Shown here piece by piece: positions 62,727 to 64,000 of a stretch of 64,000 nucleotides of DNA. The DNA comes from Octopus vulgaris. Its lineage: Eukaryota. The first letter of the stretch is position 1; every line of letters begins with the position of its first letter. The notes under the pieces were generated by a model. That model made no database searches and had not been told where the DNA came from. It saw only the letters and a program-made list of their open reading frames with translations. Position numbers and translations under genes: made by a program. The stretch lies in NCBI GenBank assembly GCA_951406725.2, contig OX597815.1, positions 17,856,001-17,920,000 on the forward strand, written 5' to 3'.

Positions 62727-63062
62727 AATTGTTTCACCGATACTGAATTGTTTCTATAGCTAAGGTAATTTCCTAAATGATACACTCCACCTGGTAGAAA
62801 ATAGATATTACAAAGTTTGAAGAATTTGTTGTTCTAAGCAGTAAAAGCAGTAGAATTAACAGTTAGTTGTTGCTTAGTTCCAAGTTAAATTTGAACCAAT
62901 GATCAAAAGGCATTCTAGCCATATCCATGCTTTTTTCCCCCCATATATCAGGGACTTCATTGTCATAAGTCTACTTCTTTAAGATGGTAGGATAGGATTT
63001 GAAATTTAGCTGTTATTTCTAGTAGATTGTGCTACCATGTATAAGACTCCTTGTTGGATACC

Positions 63063-63437
63063 CTTTTACCCTTTTACTTGTTTCAGCCATTTGACTGTGG
63101 CCATGCTGGAGCACCGCCTTTAGTCGAAGAAATCGGCTCCAGGACTTCTTCTTTGTAAGCTTAGTACTTATTCTATCGCTCTCTTTTGCCGAACTGCTAA
63201 GTTACGGGGACGTAAACACACCAGCATCGGTTGTCAAGCAATGTTGGGGGACAAACACACACATACATATGCATATATACGACAGGCTTCTTTCAGTTTC
63301 CGTCTACCAAATCCACTCACAAGGCTTTGATCGGCCCGAAGCTGTAGTCTAAGACGCTTGCCCAAGGTGCCACGCAGTGGGACTGAACCTGGAACCATGT
63401 GGTTGGTAAGCAAGCTACTTACCACACAGCCACTCCT
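63063..63437 (-). mobile_element. Family-A SINE
   Basis: Family match. Confidence 0.85.
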
Positions 63438-64000
63438 TGGTTTGGCCAAGCCCACTCCTGTGATCTGAGCCAAACTACTCTTGAGATCAGTTTCCTGTCA
63501 CCACCCACTTTTCCATTTGATATTAATCCTGGTTCTAAGCTCTGTATGGCAAGCAACAGCCTGTTTGATATTTAACTTATCACACACACATACATACACA
63601 ACTGGTTGTACTTATTTCTCAGTCACAAGAGATATTAAAATCCACCACAAGGATTTGAGTTTTCATTTAACAGATTTATTAAATTTAGTAATTTATCAAT
63701 TATTATTGGCATACCAGGCAAGAATTTGTACTCGGATTATATTTTTATATAAATATTAATTAACATCAAAAGGACAGAAACTGATTATAAAATTAATTTT
63801 GTAATATTTGTATTAATGAATGGTTAATAATGAACATCTTATTTCATATCCATTCAGGCTTTATGAAGATATTTAATTTTAACATGGCATCTACAAATAA
63901 GAGATGGCTATAAGTGAATATGTAAAACTTTTAAGAAAACTGTAAGAGCAGAGATTAGTTAAGCCACACAGAAAATATTGTTTTAAGGTAAAAAAATAAT

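Overview
This is AT-rich, repeat-dense animal genomic DNA. The tRNA-derived SINE families and (TA)/(CA) microsatellites point to an octopus or other cephalopod; that is inferred, not database-checked. Most of the window is nested transposon debris: four SINE or LINE-tail families, RTE, RTE-BovB, L1/Tx1 and Dong/R4 LINE fragments, a Penelope-like (PLE) GIY-YIG endonuclease remnant, and several MITE and HINE families. A transposon-free island of about 3.6 kb (11.3-14.9 kb) holds probable exons of an unidentified minus-strand gene: an internal exon, a 4-nt microexon and an alternative first coding exon whose splice phases are mutually consistent. The main finding is an array of about 5 kb made of 30 x 166-bp units (52.1-57.0 kb). 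Every unit carries a minimal type-I hammerhead-ribozyme fold with the core C3-G8 pair swapped to G3-C8, a palindromic stem III suited to dimeric cleavage, and a TATA/Inr-like pair, which makes it a retrozyme-like satellite. At least four other PLE-type short repeats in the window carry hammerhead motifs: one has a canonical core, and the others are variant or decayed. All ribozyme and splicing calls come from reading the sequence by eye and need testing. Repeat boundaries are approximate (about +/-10-20 bp).
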